A DNA stretch of 36,398 nt from an uncultured Pirellulales bacterium (GTDB lineage: Bacteria; Planctomycetota; Phycisphaerae; Sedimentisphaerales; Anaerobacaceae): contig CAZKYA010000001.1 in the NCBI GenBank assembly GCA_964556725.1, positions 1 through 36,398 of the forward strand, read 5' to 3'. The translations under genes were made by a program, and so were the position numbers. Below, piece by piece: positions 33,880 through 36,398 of this stretch. The notes beneath the pieces were generated by a model. The model did not search any database and was not told the origin of the DNA. It was given only the letters and a program-made list of their open reading frames with translations. The number at the start of each line of letters is the position of its first letter. The first letter of the stretch is position 1.

Positions 33880-35151
33880 ATGGCCGATTCAAAAAAAATT
33901 GAAAAGGCGTATGAAACTGCGAAGCAGTGCTACGCCGAGCTGGGAGTTGATACCGAAAAGACAATGGAGCGGCTGAGCAAGATAGCAATATCGCTTCACT
34001 GCTGGCAGGGAGACGACGTAGGCGGTTTTGAAAAAGCGGGCGCAGAGCTGTCCGGGGGAGGAATCCAAGCCACCGGCAACTACCCCGGCAAGGCCCGCAC
34101 TATAAGTGAGCTCATGTGCGACATCGAAAAAGCATTAAGCACGATCCCGGGCAAACACCGCCTGAACCTGCACGCCTGCTATCTGGATAACCAAGGTAAA
34201 TATGTAGACCGCAATGAAATTACGGTCAAGAATTTTCAGTCATGGATAGACTGGGCAAAAACCAACGGTCTGGGTATGGACTTCAACCCGACCTACTTCT
34301 CGCATGAAAAAGTCGCCGACGGTTTCACGCTCAGTCACTCTGATAAAGGAGTCCGCGATTTCTGGATAGAACACGGCATCGCCTGCCGCAAAATCGGGGC
34401 TGAAATGGGCAAACAGCTTGGAAGCACAACCGTAACGAACGTCTGGATACCCGACGGCTACAAAGATATTCCCGTTGACCGCACCGGCCCCAGAGAAAGA
34501 CTGACCGACTCACTGGACAAGATATTCGCAGAAAAACTCAATCCCAAACACAATCTTGACTCCGTTGAATCCAAGCTCTTCGGCATCGGCTCTGAAAGTT
34601 ATGTTGTCGGCTCCCATGAATTCTATATGGGCTATGCGGTATCGCGGCAGAAACTTCTTTGCCTGGACGCCGGCCACTACCACCCTACCGAATCAATATC
34701 AGAGAAGATTTCATCGGTCCTGATGTTTTTGCCGGGACTGCTGCTGCACGTCAGCCGGCCTGTTCGCTGGGACAGCGACCACGTAGTCATTCTCAATGAC
34801 GAGCTGTGCGCAATTGCACAGGAAATTATTCGCAGTGGCAAGCTTGATAAAATCCATATCGGTCTGGACTTCTTCGATGCCAGCATCAACCGTGTAGCTG
34901 CATGGGTCATCGGAACACGCTGTATGATTAAGGCGCTGTTGCTCGCCCTGCTTGAACCGACCGATACGCTGAAAAAAGCGGAATTGAAAATGGACTATAC
35001 CCGCAGGCTGGTCCTAATGGAAGAACTCAAAACACTGCCGTTCGGCGTGGTATGGGATTATTACTGCATAAAGAAAAATGTGCCTGTAGGCATGGCCTGG
35101 CTCGAAGAGGTCAAACGTTACGAGAAAGATGTGCTGTCACGTCGTAAGTAA
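33880..35151 (+). CDS. rhaA: L-rhamnose isomerase
   Basis: It is near-colinear with E. coli RhaA as I recall it: [115 protein letters not shown] and YEKDVLSRR. The ATG at 33880 has AGGAG upstream. Confidence 0.93.
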   Translation: MADSKKIEKAYETAKQCYAELGVDTEKTMERLSKIAISLHCWQGDDVGGFEKAGAELSGGGIQATGNYPGKARTISELMCDIEKALSTIPGKHRLNLHACYLDNQGKYVDRNEITVKNFQSWIDWAKTNGLGMDFNPTYFSHEKVADGFTLSHSDKGVRDFWIEHGIACRKIGAEMGKQLGSTTVTNVWIPDGYKDIPVDRTGPRERLTDSLDKIFAEKLNPKHNLDSVESKLFGIGSESYVVGSHEFYMGYAVSRQKLLCLDAGHYHPTESISEKISSVLMFLPGLLLHVSRPVRWDSDHVVILNDELCAIAQEIIRSGKLDKIHIGLDFFDASINRVAAWVIGTRCMIKALLLALLEPTDTLKKAELKMDYTRRLVLMEELKTLPFGVVWDYYCIKKNVPVGMAWLEEVKRYEKDVLSRRK

Positions 35152-35178
35152 AGAAACAGCAATTTAAGGAGAATCCTT

Positions 35179-36315
35179 ATGAATTCTGTGATTGCGTCAG
35201 CCGACAATCCGGCGCTGGGTGTAATTATATTCACGCTTGGGGGACTGGCGGGTGCTGTGTTCTATATGCCCTTCAAGAAAGTTACAAAGTGGGCCTGGGA
35301 AAGCTATTGGCTCGTGTATGCCCTGTTTGGACTTTTGATTGTGCCCTGGGTATTGGCCTTCAAAACATCACCAAATGTAATATCTGTGCTCAAAGCATCG
35401 CCGAGCAATCAGCTATGGTACTGCTATCTGTGCGGCGCCGCTTGGGGCGTTGGCGGCCTGACCTGGGGCTTGATGATACGCTACCTTGGCGTCGGTCTGG
35501 GTCTGGCTATCGGCTGTGGCTTGTGCTCCGCCTCAGGAACGCTGATTCCCAAGATAATTAAAGGCGAGTTTGGCCAACTGTTAGAGCCGGGCACCGGCAT
35601 TGTCTCCTTTGTGGGTGTGCTGATGTCGCTTATCGGTATCATACTGGTGGGTATGGCGGGGATGTCCAAAGAAAATGAACTGCCCGAAGAGGAAAAGAAA
35701 AAAACCGTAGCGGAGTTCAACTTCAAAAAGGGCATCATCGTTGCGATATTCTCCGGCCTGATGAGCTCGGCAATGAATTTCGGACTGCAGGGCGGAGCGG
35801 CCATTGAGCAACTGACACTATCGACGCAACCGGTTACTTCCACTACATGGAGAGGGATGCCGGTGCTCGTGGTCGTGCTGCTGGGCGGATTCACTATCAA
35901 CTTCCTGTGGTGTGTACTTCTCAACCTGAAGAATAAAACAAGCGGTGACTACGTCAGACCCGAGGGACCGGTGCTACTGGCCAACATCGTTTTTGCCGGA
36001 TTAGCAGGCACTATATGGTGTTCGCAGTTCATTTGCCTGAAGACGGGTGAACCAGCGATGGGCAAGACTGCTTACATCGGTTTTGCGGTACTTATGGCCT
36101 CCGCGATTATGTTCAGCTCTCTGCTGGGCATACTTCTCGGCGAGTGGAGAGGCACCAGCTCACGCACACGTGTCCTGCTGGCGGCAGGTCTGGTGTTATT
36201 GTTGACTTCCACTGTTGTTGGGGCCTACAGTGGTTATATAAGCACGAGCCGGTCAACCGAACAGAAAACGCTCGCCGCCTCCATTGTACCGGAATCAGCC
36301 GTCATAGTCCAATAA
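35179..36315 (+). CDS. rhaT: L-rhamnose/proton symporter (RhaT family)
   Basis: A roughly 10-TM protein whose N-terminus FYMPFKKVTKWAWESYW matches E. coli RhaT (FYAPFKKVKKWSWETMW). It also has MRYLGVGLGLAIG and EFNFKKG. AAGGAG lies upstream. Confidence 0.88.
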   Translation: MNSVIASADNPALGVIIFTLGGLAGAVFYMPFKKVTKWAWESYWLVYALFGLLIVPWVLAFKTSPNVISVLKASPSNQLWYCYLCGAAWGVGGLTWGLMIRYLGVGLGLAIGCGLCSASGTLIPKIIKGEFGQLLEPGTGIVSFVGVLMSLIGIILVGMAGMSKENELPEEEKKKTVAEFNFKKGIIVAIFSGLMSSAMNFGLQGGAAIEQLTLSTQPVTSTTWRGMPVLVVVLLGGFTINFLWCVLLNLKNKTSGDYVRPEGPVLLANIVFAGLAGTIWCSQFICLKTGEPAMGKTAYIGFAVLMASAIMFSSLLGILLGEWRGTSSRTRVLLAAGLVLLLTSTVVGAYSGYISTSRSTEQKTLAASIVPESAVIVQ

Positions 36316-36398
36316 TCCAGATAAGTCGAGGCAAACGCATCTACGAACAGGATGATTTATTGGCAATAATAATGGCTGACATAAATGACAAAAACGCC

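Noticed and set aside
36372-36398. An ATG at 36372 opening an ORF (MADINDKNA) that runs off the end of the window.
   Set aside because: Only 9 codons are visible, which is too little to support a call.
1-36398. I looked for CRISPR arrays, tRNA or rRNA genes, transposases or integrases, toxin-antitoxin pairs and known defence-system signatures.
   Set aside because: I found no spaced direct-repeat arrays, no cloverleaf-compatible sequences in the intergenic regions and no recombinase or nuclease-NTPase motifs. The PIN domain present belongs to the housekeeping-type YacL architecture rather than to a VapC toxin.

Overview
This 36.4-kb window is a chromosomal segment carrying housekeeping and carbohydrate or organic-acid metabolism genes. 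I support 31 CDSs. I found no rRNA, tRNA, CRISPR array, transposase, integrase or recognisable defence genes.

The gene content is a PEP-CTERM protein, a TAT-signal Gfo/Idh/MocA oxidoreductase paired with a DUF1080 protein, a membrane PIN/TRAM protein, and many genes without strong Shine-Dalgarno sites. By inference only, this fits a PVC-group bacterium (Planctomycetota- or Verrucomicrobiota-like).

Layout:
1. A sigma-70 family factor on the minus strand.
2. A plus-strand operon of aminotransferase, split transketolase, Asp/Glu-racemase-like protein and BASS transporter (1396-6440).
3. An alpha/beta hydrolase, ispG with a downstream membrane protein, and a YacL-like PIN/TRAM protein.
4. A roughly 400-nt unassigned structured intergenic region.
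5. A PEP-CTERM protein behind a long leader.
6. A long minus-strand series running from the GAF-PP2C phosphatase through cmk, plsC, the Gfo/Idh/MocA oxidoreductase, DUF1080, an unknown 413-aa protein and ispH to rpsA.
7. acyP and dprA.
8. A two-component module: a small membrane protein, a PAS histidine kinase and two tandem receiver-only regulators.
9. folC.
10. A tight rhamnose operon: rhaB, a PHP-like protein, an atypical MDR dehydrogenase, rhaA and rhaT.

Main points for follow-up:
- The rhamnose operon has no recognisable rhamnulose-1-phosphate aldolase. Two unassigned enzymes sit where one would be expected.
- The aminotransferase/transketolase/racemase-like/BASS operon has no assigned pathway.
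- The conserved N-terminus of the sigma factor is encoded upstream of its first canonical start codon.
- The intergenic region at 10561-10959 carries a nested palindrome, a tandem heptamer and an orphan terminator.
- folC, and possibly ispG, have promoters placed for leaderless transcripts.

All functional calls rest on motifs I recognised by eye in the translated ORFs. No database search was run.
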